Shown piece after piece: positions 1 to 13,583 of a stretch of DNA of 64,000 bases (the first letter of the stretch is position 1; each line of letters starts with the position of its first letter). The notes below the pieces were generated by a model that made no database searches, had not been told where the DNA came from, and saw only the letters and a program-made list of their open reading frames with translations. Origin of the DNA: Mobula hypostoma (taxonomy: Eukaryota); NCBI RefSeq assembly GCF_963921235.1, contig NC_086102.1:41478001-41542000 (forward strand), given 5' to 3'. Both the position numbers and the translations under genes were made by a program.

Positions 1-583
1 CGAAATGCACTGTGTCGATTGGGAGATGAATCAATACTTGCATTTCAAGTTACCAAGTAAGTGATGGAACAGGAAATTCAAATAGTATCAATTACAATCA
101 AAGTCAGAAAGGTAACACTTTAAATATACAATTTTTTTCAACTTAAAGCTCTGACTATTCATTCTAAGTGAGATAATCTTGAACAATAATGATATTGTCC
201 AGTAATTATGCACAGGACAAATGGAAAAATAAGTGTAATAAAAACAGACATTTCCAGGTATATTCCCTGGCATAAACAGAACTGTTCCATTATGAAATTT
301 TTAAAAAAATTATGAAAGATTTGTGATATTCAAAATGATTTTTTTTTTGAAAAGCTTGCAGCATAAGAAATTGGTGGAAACCAATTTTACAGGCTGGCTT
401 AGGTAATTACCAGAACTACACTTTTCTCTCAATGATAAAAGGCCCATCCTAACAACTCTTGGCTTATACCCATAACCGGTCCCTGTGATGGTCCACTGTG
501 CTTTCACCCGAATAACTTCAATGTAATTCATTATTTTCAAGCCATGGGTAGGTAGAGTCTGGCCTGTCTTTAATGATATAGGT

Positions 584-634
584 TCACAGGTTGTTTGAAG
601 GCTTGTAATGAATTCTGCAGCGTTCCTTGAAGAC
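584..634 (-). pseudogene. MIX23: Duplicated MIX23/CCDC58 terminal coding exon (VFKERCRIHYKPSNNL*), distal copy
   Basis: Reverse complement reads ...ttttcctttaaactttacaaAG|GTC TTC AAG GAA CGC TGC AGA ATT CAT TAC AAG CCT TCA AAC AAC CTG TGA. Same peptide as 45297-45347 and similar to the human CCDC58 C-terminus (VFNERCRIHFKPP). Whether it is used is unknown. Confidence 0.8.
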
Positions 635-869
635 CTTTGTAAAGTTTAAAGGAAAAAAATTCAAATTCCTGATACTGTAATTTGCTTTAATCCTCAATTC
701 CAATTGCAGGTCAAAGATTGCTTAATACACCACATTAAAAGCTTTGATCAGTGTGACTTTGTCTTGTACGGAGAAACACATTTTATGTCTGGTTCTTCAC
801 CAGTTTAAAACTAACTTGCTTGATTAAAACGATGGGGAAAAAATCTGCCTCCAGGCCCAAAATTTTGAG

Positions 870-1740
870 TGGAATATCTCAAAATCATACAGCGCAGAAA
901 CAGCTCATCTGTCTAACTGGCCCAATAAAGACCCTCATCTGGACTAGTCCCATATTCCTCAAAAGCTTTCCTTTCCAATTATCTTTTAAATCTTGTTAAT
1001 GTTCCCTGCCTCAACAAATTCATCTAGCTATTCATTCCACATATGGACCAACCTCTGAGTAAAAAAGTGGCCACTCAGATCCTTCTAACCCTAACCCCTT
1101 TTTCTCCAGTTCCTGATTTGCCAACCTTGGGGAAAAAAGACTGTGCACATTCACCCTACCTATGCCCCTCATTCTCCTACACTCCAGTGAAGACCCTCGT
1201 AAATCTCCTCTGTGCTCTTTCCAACTCAGTCGTATTTTTCCCTATAGCAGCGTCAACACAATTTTCCAAATGTGGCCTCATCAATAACTACAACATAACA
1301 TCCCAACGTCTATGCTCAGTGCCATGACTGATGAAGCCCAGCATGCCAAAAGCTGCTTTTGTGACCCTACTTTCAGGAAAGGATGTATTTGGACCCTCTA
1401 TCCTACAGTGCACCCCAGGGTCCCGCCATTCAATGTGAAAGTCCTAAGCTCAGTTGTCCTCCCAAAATGCAACACCTTACAATCATCCACATTTTCCTTT
1501 CCTCAGCCCTTTTCCCTGTCTGATTACAATCCCTCTTCGTATCCTGACAACTGTCTTCACCATCTACAATAACTATTTTAGTATTTGCAAACTTACACTT
1601 CATCCAAGTCATTGATATAAGATGGATGACACATGGGAATGGGCCTAACACTGAGCCCTGGGGGAAAACTGCTAGTCACAGACCTGTAGACCCGAAAGCA
1701 AACTTCCACCCTCTGCTGCTCCCTACTATCAAGCAACTTG
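870..1740 (-). mobile_element. Old, degraded CR1-type LINE fragment inside the duplicated unit (part of MIX23 last intron)
   Basis: A PQGSVLGP-like RT motif is visible in the paralogous copies (ORFs 33067-33315, 46311-46520). Present also at ~32500-33370 and ~45580-46430, largely deleted at ~14870. Boundaries approximate. Confidence 0.55.
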
Positions 1741-2099
1741 TGTATCCTATATAAAAGTGGATTCAATCTGGCTACAATGTGCACCATAATCAAGAAAGAT
1801 ACACCTTCTCAATGTTCAAGCTCTCGAGGAATTACAAAATTGGATGAACTGTTAAATGGAAGACTGGAGTCTAACCCACCTAGTTTCTTCGTTACAGAGC
1901 ATTCAAAGCAAAAAGGCGGTTCAGAATCCATTAATGGAAAACATAATTCTCCGATTTTCTGCAGATGCCGCATCTCAGGGAGGACAACCGTTACACAATT
2001 AAAAGAAAAAGTTGTTCATCCAGGCAGCATGGGAGTAAAGAAAGTAACAGAAAATAATATTAAACTGCAGTACATATACGTTCCGATATATTAACCTGA

Positions 2100-2270
2100 G
2101 TTAGGTTTTCTTCTCGAAATTGCAAACATCTCGTTTGCTAACTTTGCAGTATTTCTTCCTGTTGCAATCAGCTGACCTCCCATTTCGTCATCTTGGTAAT
2201 CGCGAGCGAGGTTGTGTCATGTGACAAGAGCCCATAAATTGCGGGATCGGGACGGGTTCGCTTGTCACCA
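2100..2270 (+). promoter_or_regulatory. Stefin proximal promoter, copy A (M-box/CLEAR-like TGTCATGTGACA 2215-2226; TATA-like CATAAAT 2233-2239)
   Basis: Paralogous to the sequence directly upstream of exon 1 in copy C (33730-33931). Here it is followed by a LINE instead of exon 1. Confidence 0.6.
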
Positions 2271-4758
2271 ACCTCCCCAGGGAAAGATCTGATATGCTCT
2301 GTGATGCTAAAAAATCTAGGAGAAGGAGCGCTCTTGAAGTTGCTGCATTTTTATAACAGAGTGTGGGAGGAGGGAAGATTACCAAGTGCATGGAAAGAAG
2401 CAGTAGTAATTCCAATAAGGAAGCCTGGCAAGGATCTATGAAAACCCACTAGCTACAGACCAATTGCATTAACATCAAGTATATGTAAGATAATGGAAAG
2501 GATGGTAACAGAAAGGTTATCATATGAGCTTGAGAAAAGGGGAATGCTGGCAAGTTATCAGAGTGGTTTTAGAAAGGGAAGGAATTCCATGGACTCAGTG
2601 ATTATGTTGGAGACTGAAATAAGGAAGGCCCAGGCAAATAGAGGTCAGTAGTGGCAGTGTTCTTTGACATTGAAAAAGCCTATGATATGATGTGGAAGGA
2701 AGGATTATTAATTAAACTGCACAAGATGGGGGTTGGTGGGAGAGTTTTTAATTGGATTAAAGATTTTTTGTTTGGTAGAAAAATTCAAGTTCGGATTGGA
2801 TCAGAATTATCAAAACAGTACATAGTGGAAAATGGCACACCTCAAGGTAGTGTGATTAGCCCGTTACTTTACATCATTATGATCAATGATGTCTTCACAA
2901 AGGTACCAGTGGATATAGGTAGGTCACTGTTTGCGGATGACGGGGCCTTGTGGAAAAGAGGCAGGAACATGGACCATATAATCAGGAAACTACAAGAAGC
3001 AATTGATGAAGCGGTGGAGTGGGGTTATGATTGGGGATGTAGGTTTTCAGTAGATAAAACTCAAACTGTATTTTTTACCAGGAAAAGGGTTGAGGTAGGG
3101 AAGAAGTTAAGGATGTAAAAAAGTAATAAATGTGATGAGATGTTTGACTGGTAGGGAATGGGGAACAAGTTGTTCAGCTTTGAAGAGAATGTATGTGGCT
3201 TTAGTAAGATCTGTATTGGATTATAGAAATATAGTATATGGATCAGCAGCTAGGTCTCTTATAAGGAAACTGGATGTGATTCAGGCTCAGGCCTTGAGAG
3301 TGTGCAGTGGGGCTTTTAAAACGTCACCAGTGTCAGCACTACCGGTAGAAATGGGAATAATGCCTTTGGAGCTAAGAAGGATGCAATTGATGGCAAACTA
3401 CTGGGCTAACTTGCAGGGGCACAATGATTCTCACCCTACTAAAGGAGTGTTGCAGGAGTGCTGGGAAAATGGGAGGTTTCAGAGGGATACCTTTAGTCGG
3501 GTAGGAAATGATATTGCGAAAGAACGTGGAGTGTTTGATCTGAGGATAAGTCCTTCAGTAGTTTATCTGATTGTAGCTCCATGGAAGCTTGTATGGCCTG
3601 ACATAGACCGGCATTTGTTAGAGGTAAAAAGGAAAGAAAGATATAAAACAGATTTGGTAAATGCATTTAACTGTCATGTGATGGAAAAGTATAGTGATTA
3701 TACTCACATTTATACGGATGGTGCGAAGGAACCTGAAACAGGAGTGACAGGGTTTGGGGTGGTAATACCAGCAAAAGAAATTGGAATCAGCAGAAGAACA
3801 TCTAATAAGTTAGGGGTGTTTACAGTGGAGATGCTGGCAGTGTTGGTTGCGTTGCAATGGGTGCAAAAAGCCAGACAAGCCAAAGCATTGATATGTTCAG
3901 ATTCATCCTCAGTTTAGCCCGTTTAAGGTCTTTTCACACAAACAGTCGGCAAGATGTACTTTATGAAGTCCTTCAGTTAGTTACATGAATTGCAAATACG
4001 GGAGGTCAGGTAAAATTTCTATGGGTTCCAGCACATGTAGGGGTGAAGGGGAATGAGAGGGTGGATGAGTTGGCAAAGAGGGCGTTAAAGAAAGAAAATG
4101 TGGAAATGCACATTAGTATCAGTAAAGCAGAGGTTAAGTGTGTAATCTGGGAAAAAGTCAACCGAATGTGGCAAGAAAGATGGGACAGGGAGGGGAAAGG
4201 GAGGCATTTATATCAAATACAAAAGAGTGTTGCAGTTACTAGGGTAGGTAATGGAAACAGAAGAGAGGAAATTGTGTGGACTAGGTTAAGGCTGGGGCAT
4301 TGTGCATTAAACAAAAGATTGAAAATGATAGGGAAACACCAGACAGGATTGTGTGAGGAATGTCAGGAAGAGGAGTCAGTAGAACATGTAGTTTTGTGTT
4401 GCAGGAAGTATGGGATACAGAGAGAGATGATGAGAAATAAATTAAGGGAGTTGGGGATGCAGGAATTCACATTAAAAGGGTTGCTGGGCATGGGTGAGAG
4501 AGCACAAGTCCGGGTATTGTTAGCGTTTTTAAGGGGTACAGGGGTTTTTTATAGAATATGACGAATAAACAGGAATAGGATACTAGGATGGTCAAAGATG
4601 GGAGGGTGAAGTGTAGGTTAGTGTGTGTGTGTGCGTGCGCACGCGCGATTGGGTGAAAGGATTTAGAATGTATGTCTAGTGTACATTCTGGAGCAGAGGG
4701 TGGCGGTAATGCACCATCAAGCTGGATGCCAACCACCGTAAAACAAGATACAGACAGA
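2271..4758 (+). mobile_element. 5'-truncated non-LTR retrotransposon, I/Nimb group (RT + RNase H + C-terminal Cys/His finger), disrupted
   Basis: ORF pieces: FFDIEKAYD / GTPQGSVISP / LFADD (RT), IYTDGAK..EMLA..ICSDS (RNase H), RLRLGH..CEEC..ESVEHVVLCC. 3' UTR with (TG)n and a (CAGA)n tail. Stops and frameshifts are present. Confidence 0.88.
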
Positions 4759-5659
4759 TCCTCTTGCTGGCAGGGAGGTGAGTTCAGTATTCGAGGAACT
4801 TCTCCATCTCACTAAATTTAGACTCATCCCTTCACGTTTGGTAACATGGCTTTCACCGGTCAATCTTTAACTTGTGCCTTTTTCAAGATGTTTCCTAAAC
4901 CCTTCTAGAACATATAATATAGAGTACCGAACAGGGAAAGGCCATTCAGCCCACAATGTTGTGCCAATTCAGCGAAAAGGCAAATCAAGAACACCCAAAC
5001 CCTAATACCTACAGCATGTCCATATCCCTCCATCCTCATATCCACGTGCCTATCCAAACAGCTCTTAAGAGCCTCTAATGTATTTGCCTCTCTCACCATA
5101 GCAGCCAGTGTAGTCCAAGCATGCACTAGCCTGTGGCACAGGGAGTAATCCGGAGATTCCACCTTCAGTTTCCCCTTGGAAGCGCGGCAACGTTCAATAA
5201 TGCTCTTGTTAAGGGTCATAGAACATTTCCAACAGTGAAAATGCAAATATTTGTGTTGATTTTAAAGGATATTTAGGGGAACTTGAATTTGTGATCACAG
5301 CATACGAGCTAAAATGCAATTTGCCCTTGTTTCCTGAATACCTCAGGTTCTGGGATACTTCTCCTTATTAAAGATGTAGAAATGAAAGTAATTCAGAATC
5401 AAACCCTTGTTTCTCAGGTGAAGCCTCAGGTTGAAGAGAAAGCTGGAAAAACATTTGACACATTTGTTGTCAAAGCCTACAAAACACAAGTTGTAGCTGG
5501 GACCAACCACTTTTTTAAAGTAAGTTTATCATCTAGGCCTTTAGATATTTCAAAAATTCTTGGCTGTTTCTAATTCATTCACATTGTATGTTACTAAGCT
5601 CATGCATGATAACATAAGTAGCTGCTTAAATTTGACAATGGCATTCATATTTATTTATT

Positions 5660-5835
5660 GGGAGTGCAGATTAGGCCCTTCTGGTCCTTCGAGCGATGCT
5701 CCCCAGCAATCCCCTGATGTAGTCCGAGCTTGATCATAGTCCACTTTACAACGACCAATTAACCTATCAACCGGCACATCCTGGGACTGTGGGAGGAAAC
5801 AGCAGCACCTAGAGGAAACTCACGCAGTCACGGCA
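5660..5835 (-). mobile_element. V-SINE/HE1-like SINE remnant in stefin intron 2 (also ~26370-26565 and ~41350-41540); interrupted here by a CR1
   Basis: gggaggaaac..agcacc..gaggaaactcacgcagtcacgg resembles the V-domain core of elasmobranch SINEs (recognised from memory, not aligned). Confidence 0.5.
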
Positions 5836-5839
5836 AGAA

Positions 5840-8800
5840 CATAGAATAGTACAGCAAGGTACAGGCCCTTCGGCCCACAATGTTGTGCCGACCCTCAAAC
5901 TCTGCCTCCCATATATCCCCCCCATCTTAAATTCCTCCATATACCTGTCTAGTGGTCTCTTAATCTTCACCAATGTATCTGCCTCCACCACTGACTCAGG
6001 CAGTGCATTCCACGCACCAACCACTCTGAGTAAAAAACATTCTTCTAATATCCCCCTTGAACTTCCCACCCCTTACCTTAAAGCCACATCCTCTTGTATT
6101 GAGCAGTGGTGCCCTGGAGAAGAGGCGCTAGCTCTCCATTCTATCTATTCCTCTTATTATCTTGTACACCTCTATCATGTCTCCTTCTCTCCAAAGAGTA
6201 AAGCCCTAGCTCCCTTAATCTCTGGTCATAATGCATTCTCTCTAAACCAGGCAGCATCCTGGTAAATCTCCTCTGCACCCTTTCCAATGCTTCCACATCC
6301 TTCCTATAGTGAGGCGACCAGTGTGGCCTAACTCGAGTTTTATAGAGCTGCATCATTACATTGCGACTCTTAAACTCTATCCCGCGACTTATGAAAGCTA
6401 ACACCCCATAAGCTTTCTTAACTACACTATCCACCTGTGAGGGAACTTTCAGGGATCTGTGGACATGTACCCCCAGATCCCTCTGCTCCTCCACAATACC
6501 AGGTATCCTGCCATTTACTTTGTACTCTGCCTTGGAGTTTGTCCTTCCAAAGTGTACCACCTCACACTTCTCCGGGTTGAACTCCATCTGCCACTTCTCA
6601 GCCCACTTCTGCATCCTATCAATGTCTCTCTGCAATCTTTGACAATCCTCTACACTATCTACAACACCACCAACCTTTGTGTCGTCTGCAAACTTGCCAA
6701 CCCACCCTTCTACCCCCACATCCAGGTCGTTAATAAAAATCACAAAAAGTAGAGGTCCCAGAACAGATCCTTGTGGGACACCACTAGTCACAATCCTCCA
6801 ATCTGAATGTACTCCCTCCACGACGACCATCTGCCTTCTGCAGGCAAGCCAATTCTGAATCCGCCTGGCCAAACTTCCCTGGATCACATGCCTTCTGACT
6901 TTCTGAATAAGCCTACCGTGTGGAACCTTGTCAAATGCCTTACTAAAATCCATATGGATCACATCCACTGCGCTACCCTCATCTATATGCCTGGTCACCC
7001 CCTCAAAGAATTCTATCAGGCTTGTTAGACACGATCTGCCCTTCACAAAGCCATGCTGACTGTCCCTGATCAGACCATAATTCTCTAAATGCCCAGAGAT
7101 CCTATCTCTAAGAATCTTTCCCAACAGCTTTCCCACCACAGACGCAAGGCTCACTGGTCTATAATTACCCAGACTATCCCTACTACCTTTTTTGAATAAG
7201 GGGACAACATTCGTCTCCCTCCAATCCTCCGGTACCATTCCCGTGGACAACAAGGACAAAGATCCTAGCCAGAGGCTCAGCAATCTCTTCCCTCGCCTCG
7301 TGGAGCAGCCTGGGGAATATTCCATCAGGTCCTGGGGACTTAACTGTCCTAATGTATTTTAAGAACTCCAACACCTCCTCTCCCTTAATATCAACATGCT
7401 CCAGAACATCAACCTCACTCATTGTCCTCACCATCATCAAGTTCCCTCTCATTGGCGAATACTGTACCAAAGAGAAGTATTCATTGAGGGCCTCGCTCAC
7501 TTCCACAGCCTCCAGGCACATCTTCCCACCTTTATCTCTAATCAGTCCTACATTCACTCCTGTCATCCTTTTGTTCTTCACATAATTGAAGAATGCCTTG
7601 GGGTTTTCCTTTACCCTACTCACCAAGGCCTTCTCAACCCCCTTCTTGCTCTTCTCAGCCCCTTCTTAAGCTCCTTTCTTGCTTCCCTATATTCCTCAAT
7701 AGACCCATCTGATCCTTGCTTCCTAAACCTCATGTATGCTGCCTTCTTCCACCTGACTAGATTTTCCACCTCACTTGTCACCCATGGTTCCTTCACCCTA
7801 CCATTCTTTATCTTCCTCACTGGGACAAATTTATCCCTAGCATCCTGCAAGAGATCTCTAAACATCGACCACATGTCCATAGTACATTTCCCTGCAAAAA
7901 CATCATCCCAATTCACACCTGCAAGTTCTAGCCTTATAGTCTCATAATTTGTCCTTCCCCAATTAAAAATTTTCCTGTCCTCTCTGATTCTATCCTTTTC
8001 CATGATAATGCTAAAGGCCAGGGAGCAGTGGTCACTGTCCCCCAGATGCTCACCCACTGAGTGATCTGTGACCTGACCCAGTTCGTTACCTAGTACTAGA
8101 TCTAGTATGGCATTCTCCCTAGTCAGCCTGTCCACATACCGTGACAGGAATCCATCCTGGACACACTTAACAAACTCTGCCCCATCTAAACCCTTGGAAC
8201 TAATCAGGTGCCAATCAATATTAGGGAAGTTAAAGTCACCCATGATAACAACCCTGTTATTTTTGCACCTTTCCAAAATCTACCTCCCAATCTGCTCCTC
8301 TGTATCTCTGCTGCTACCAGGGGGCCTATAGAATACTCTCAATAGAGTAACTGCTCCCTTCCTGTTCCTGACTTCCACCCATACTGACTCAAAAGAGAAT
8401 CCTGCTACATTACTCACCCTTTCTGTAGCTGTACTAGTATCCCTGACCAGTAATGCCACCCCTCCTCCCCTTTCCCCCCCTCTCTAACCCTTTTAAAGCA
8501 CTGAAATCCAGGAATATTGAGAATCCATTCCTGCCCTGGTGCCAACGAAGTCTCTGGAATGGCCACTACATCATAATTCCAGGTATGTATACAAGCTCTC
8601 AGTTCATCACCTTTGTTCCTGATGCTTCTTGCATTGAGGTACACACATTTCAGCCCTTCTACCTTACTACCTTTACACCCTTTATTCTGCTTCATTCCTC
8701 AAAGCCTCTTTATGTTAGATCTGGCTTTACTCCATGCACTTCTTTCACTGCTCTATCGCTCTGGGTCCCATCCCCTTTGCAAATTAGCTTAAACCCTCCC

Positions 8801-10201
8801 GAACCATGCTAGCAAACCTGCCTGCAAGGATATTTCTCCCCCTTGAGTTCAGGTGCAACCCATCCAATCTGTACAGGTCCCACCTTCCCCAGAAGAGATC
8901 CTAATGATCCAAAAATCTAAAACCCTGCTCCCTGCACCAACTCCTCAGCCACACATTCAACTGCCATCTCCTCCAATTCGTACCATCACTATCACGTAGC
9001 ACTGGCAGCAATCCTGAGAACGCCACCCTTGAGGTCCTGTTCTTCAGCCTTCTGCCTAGTTCCCAAAACTCACACCTCAGGACCTCATCCCTTTTCCTGC
9101 CTATGTTGTTGGTCCCAACATGTATCACGACTTCTGGTTGCTTTCCCTCTCGTACCAGGATGTCGTGCATCCGGTCAGAGACATCCCAGACCCTGGCACC
9201 CAGGAGGCAACAAACCATGTGGGTGTCCTTCTCACGCCCACAAAATCTCCTCTCTGCTCTATAGAGTCTCCAATGATGACAGCTCTCCTCTTCTCCGTCC
9301 CACCCTTCTGCACCACCGGGTCAGACTCAGTGCCAGAGGCCCTGTCACCATGGCTCACACCTGGTCGGTCGTCCCCGCCAACAGTATCCAGGACGGTAAA
9401 CTTTTTATTCAGGGAATGGCTACAGGGGTGCTCTGCACTACCTGTCTGCTCACCTTCGCTTTCCCCCCTTTGACTGTCACCCAACAACCTGCTTCCAACA
9501 GCCTAGGTGTGACTACCTCCCTGTAGCTCTCATCTATGACTGCCTCATTCTCCTTTGAGTCAAAGATCATCCAGCTGCTGATCCAGATTCCTGACATGGT
9601 CTTCCAGATCACCCAGCCATATGCACTTCTGGCAGATGTGACTCTGCAGGAGAGGGGCGTTCCCCCAAGACTGCCACATCCCACACGTGAGGCACATCAC
9701 CGTCTCAGGAGACATTGTAAAGACTAACTGCAAGCAAGCTTGTCCTCCACCTCTTCTCGTCAAAGCCTCAGAGCTCCACTCCCTCACTGGCCCACTCACT
9801 GACTGGCCACTTTCCACAGGCCATTTTGCTTGAGCTACCCCTCTATTTATCTGTCTGAACTTTTCAAAATGGTTGGTCACCTGACCTCAATTGCCCAATC
9901 AGCTGCTTTCTGCTGAGTCTGAGCTATTCAAATCTTAATTGTCTAATCAATGGCTTTCTGCTGATCTATTCAAATCTTGATTGTCTAATCAACGGCTTTC
10001 TGCTGATCTATTCAAATCTTGATTGACTTGATTGCACAGACCAACTGCCAAAACTGCCAGAATCTCTCGAGTCAAAGCCTCAAAGCTCCACTCCTTCACT
10101 GGCCCACTCACGCACTGGCTGCTTTCCACAGGCCGCTTCACTTGAGCTATCCCTCTATTTATCTGTTTGAGCTTTTCAAAATGCTTGAATGTACAAAATT
10201 C
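5840..10201 (-). mobile_element. Near full-length CR1 LINE (ORF1 zinc finger + SGNH esterase; ORF2 APE + RT), frameshifted, specific to copy A intron 2
   Basis: CLTC..CQKC, VIIGDS and VIHVGTN in ORF1; YLNARS, MGDFN, SDH, GVPQGSVLGP and KFADD in ORF2; tail ctattctatgttct. Absent at the equivalent sites of copies B (26546) and C (41521). Confidence 0.92.
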
Positions 10202-12750
10202 AGAATGTACAAACTCCTTCCACATACTTCTACTTACGAAAGTAAAGCTATTGAAATGTTACTTTAGCAGTGAGGAAAGGCAAATTTCCAAGCTGACCCT
10301 TTTTACAACAACTCTTCGATGGATTTTCTGTGTAAGGAATAGAAGATGGAAGTGGGTCATGTGGCCCACTCTGCTACTCAAGTCAGGCATAGTTTACATT
10401 GGTGCCTTTTTCCTGCCATATCCCTAGACCCTCTATTATAGACTTTAGATCTGAATGCACTTTGCCTGCACAGTCCTCCAGGCCAGGAAGTTCCAAACCT
10501 TCACTAAGTGAAGAACAATCTTATTTCTGGTTTGGATCACCTACCCCTCGTGTAACTGATGCCCAGTCCTAGACTCCTCAGCTGAAGGTACATCTGTCTA
10601 GTTTTGGCCCTCAAGTATTGCATTGTTCGGGGAGATTGTCTCTTTCTTGAAACTGCAAAGTGAGACTCTGCCTTCTCAATATCCCGTCATATGATAGAGC
10701 TAGCCTGACTCTTTACTCCACAAAAATAAGAAAACCCGAATATGGTATTCCAGAAGTAGGCTCATCAAATGTCTATATAATAGCAGTGATGTATTTACAT
10801 TTGTACCCAGATCCCCTAGTTTGACTACTCGCCTGCTGGCTGCAGTGTATGGTGCCCTTTAGTGACTTGTGTACAAGGATGCCCAGTCTTTTTAAACACT
10901 AGCATTTCCCAATATATTTTTCATTGGTCAAAAACAGCAGATACTTCAGTGTTTTTTTTTTACAAAGTGATTGTGAAATATGTACTGTATGCCAGAGTTT
11001 GAGAAAAGTAAAAATATTTTGTTTTATAGGAACTTGGTAATCTGCACTAGAAGACTGTACTACAATTTTTGCTTGCCATGTTGCAACTCGACTATCCCCT
11101 TGTTGTTCACTATTATTATTAACCCCTCTGTTGTCACGTGCCACTAACCTCTTTTGCAATTTAACTTTTTCTGCTTTCTACCATCTTTGAGCTTCCACTT
11201 TGTCCTGTCATTTCACCCAATATTTCTGCATTTATTTAGTGCTGACAAAATAGTGTTTTAAACCATTAACTCTCCATAAGTGCAGTAGTTTGAGATTTTT
11301 TATCGTACTGATAAGACTTATTAGTACATAGGTTGAGATGCTAGCCTGAACAATTTTATTTTATTTTGTTAGATCCATGTTGGTGGCAGTGACTACATTC
11401 ACGTCAAAGTATATGAAATGCTTCCTTTTCAGGGAGGTAAAAAGGAGATAATGGGCATCCAGAGCAACAAATCAAAGGATGAAGAACTAACTTTCTTTTG
11501 AATACAAAATATCTTACTGTCAATGCTCTAGGCTTATGCAAAAGTAGTTTGTTTTATATTTTTAAGCTTCTCTCTTTTGGCTTTATCTAAACTGGGGATA
11601 TTCTTATTTTGCATCAACTTCTAGCCATATAAACCATATCATGTGGTTGGGAGAAGAGCGCAGAGGTTCAAGAAGTTTGATTATGTATACCATCCTTGAA
11701 CTAACATGAAAGATTTTTTATAATCAAAGGTTGTTGTGGTGAATTCAATTTGTGTAATGAAAAGAACTGGCATAATTTTTGAACTAAATTGTTTTTATTG
11801 AGATTATGTATACTTTTTATTGTACCCTGCAGTTTATTTTAAGAAATAAATGCACTTGCTACTGCTTGTCAAAGGATTTTATTGCTTTAATACAGCATTA
11901 CAGAAATGATGACTTTTCAACCTGGTGTTTAAAAGACATCTTCCTAATTGATTAGAATTATTTCATCTTCCAGTCAGTATATTGCCTCTTTTGTAGAACT
12001 TCTGACAATTTTAAGTACTTCTAGACATCAATTAATTTTTACCAAGATGATTGAAAATACTATTAAATAAAGATGTCATTCTTACCACTATGTTGTTTTT
12101 AATGAGGGGAGGTCCAGCTCTTTCGAAGGAGTACATTTCACACTATCTGCACCTACACCAAGCTTAAAAGCACCAGTGGATGTTACTACATTTGACATAC
12201 TCTAGATATAAAGTATTGTTTCATTCATTGTGATTTCTTCAAGAACATGAAATACATGTTATACAAAATTGAATGTCAACCTTTCAACACATGAACAGAC
12301 AGACCTTTTAAATCTTAAAATGTATTCCAAGTTTCATGAAGATAATGGAACTTATGACATTTATGATTCAGTAGAATCCTCTTGTATATGAACACAAAAT
12401 CAGGCAGTAGCAATGTCACCACCCATTTCAATGATTATTTTTCATGTATTATTGCCTGTATGTTTATTCCACAGGGTAATACTTGTTGGAAGCAGCTTCT
12501 GGGCAACTTGGTTACGTGCAGGTGGAAAAAAGGGAAGAATTACTTTATCCCCACCTCCAGATTGTTTTTATTTAATGGAGAGAGTACATTATATAGCACA
12601 CAAAAGATAAAAGCCAGGAATAACTGAAAGGCCAAATAAATACTTTGGTAACTAGAGAAATCTTTGCCACTTTGTCTACATCTCCCATCAAACATGCAAG
12701 AAAACTGAATGATGGTAGAAATTAAGTCCTGTAGTAAAGGGTGTGAGGTC

Positions 12751-13583
12751 TGTGACAAAAAACCAAGTTATCAAAAGATTGATGCTGATGAGAGAGATAA
12801 GGGAGACAATGGAGAAACATTCAAAATGCTAATAAGAGAGAAGAGAGAGATTAACGAGAAAGAAACACATTTCAGATATTGACAGACCGATTGCTTTGAA
12901 CCTGAACTGTTTGAAGTTTGATTGGCAGGCGATACCCCAGCAGGGGAATAAAAAGAACAGGTTCACTAAGGCACGACACACACCACAAGATCATGAGATA
13001 ACAAGATCCTGGAAGAGCGGTGTACCCCCACAAGTTGGTGGAGTTGGAGGTTTGGATGCGGGAACTGACCATAGACGCACAGGGTGAAAAGGGTACAATC
13101 AGTGGGAACCTGGTGTGTGTGTCCGCCCTTGCCTGGGTGCCGGGTTCACCGCGAAAGAACGATCGTATCAGGGAGGGAGGGGTCACAGTCAATGACCACA
13201 GAAGACATTAAAAGGGTTCGCCCGAAAGCTAACTGCGAAGAACATCAAAGGTCTGTCTGAATCAGATTTGCATATCTATCTCTCTCTCTCTCCAATGGCA
13301 CAACAGCGATTACTGCGAACTGTACTAAACTGAACTGAACTCTGCGTCACTTGAGACTGATCATTTTACCCCTAGACTGCGATAGAGCTTGGTTGATCCC
13401 TATTACCCTAGTTCTGTGTACATGTGTGTTTTATCATTGCTAACCTGTTGTATTTATATCCTTACGATTAGAGTGCTGTGTTGCTTATTTCTGTAATAAA
13501 ACTTTATTAGTTTCTGTTAACCAGACTCCAAATAAGTGGTCCATTTCTGCTGGCTTGGCAACCCAGTTACGAGGTACGTAACA
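12751..13583 (+). mobile_element. Solo LTR (833 bp), unit A only
   Basis: TG...CA termini (tgtgac...gtaaca), 4-bp TSD GGTC at 12747-50 and 13584-87, AATAAA at 13495-13500. Empty sites at 30415 and 44401. Confidence 0.85.

Larger units (their letters stand above)
5418..11501 (+). pseudogene. Stefin (type 1 cystatin) copy A lacking exon 1; exon 2 5418-5519, exon 3 11373-11501
   Basis: cag|VKPQVEEKAGKTFDTFVVKAYKTQVVAGTNHFFK|gtaagt and ttag|IHVGGSDYIHVKVYEMLPFQGGKKEIMGIQSNKSKDEELTFF*. AATAAA at 11845-11850. Exon 1 and most of intron 1 are replaced by the LINE at 2271-4758. Confidence 0.85.

Noticed and set aside
88-2094. Recurrent short ORFs (MPGNIPGN.., MKIMNYIE.., MDQPLSKK.., MDELLNG..) found in several units
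   Set aside because: They recur only because the DNA is duplicated. Lengths and stops vary between copies, and they fall in MIX23 3' UTR, intron or decayed CR1.
4759-4783. Strong donor-like GAG|GTGAGT (4778) after the LINE tail, as a replacement coding exon 1 for copy A
   Set aside because: The frame that would join exon 2 hits TAA at 4739-4741 with no ATG in between. At most a non-coding exon.
5382-5573. Single-exon 63-aa ORF containing QVVAG (also 41067-41303)
   Set aside because: It is stefin exon 2 read through into introns; the canonical splice sites define the real exon.
9905-10030. ~40-bp direct repeats resembling a CRISPR array
   Set aside because: No unique spacers, eukaryotic context, and located inside a CR1 5' end.
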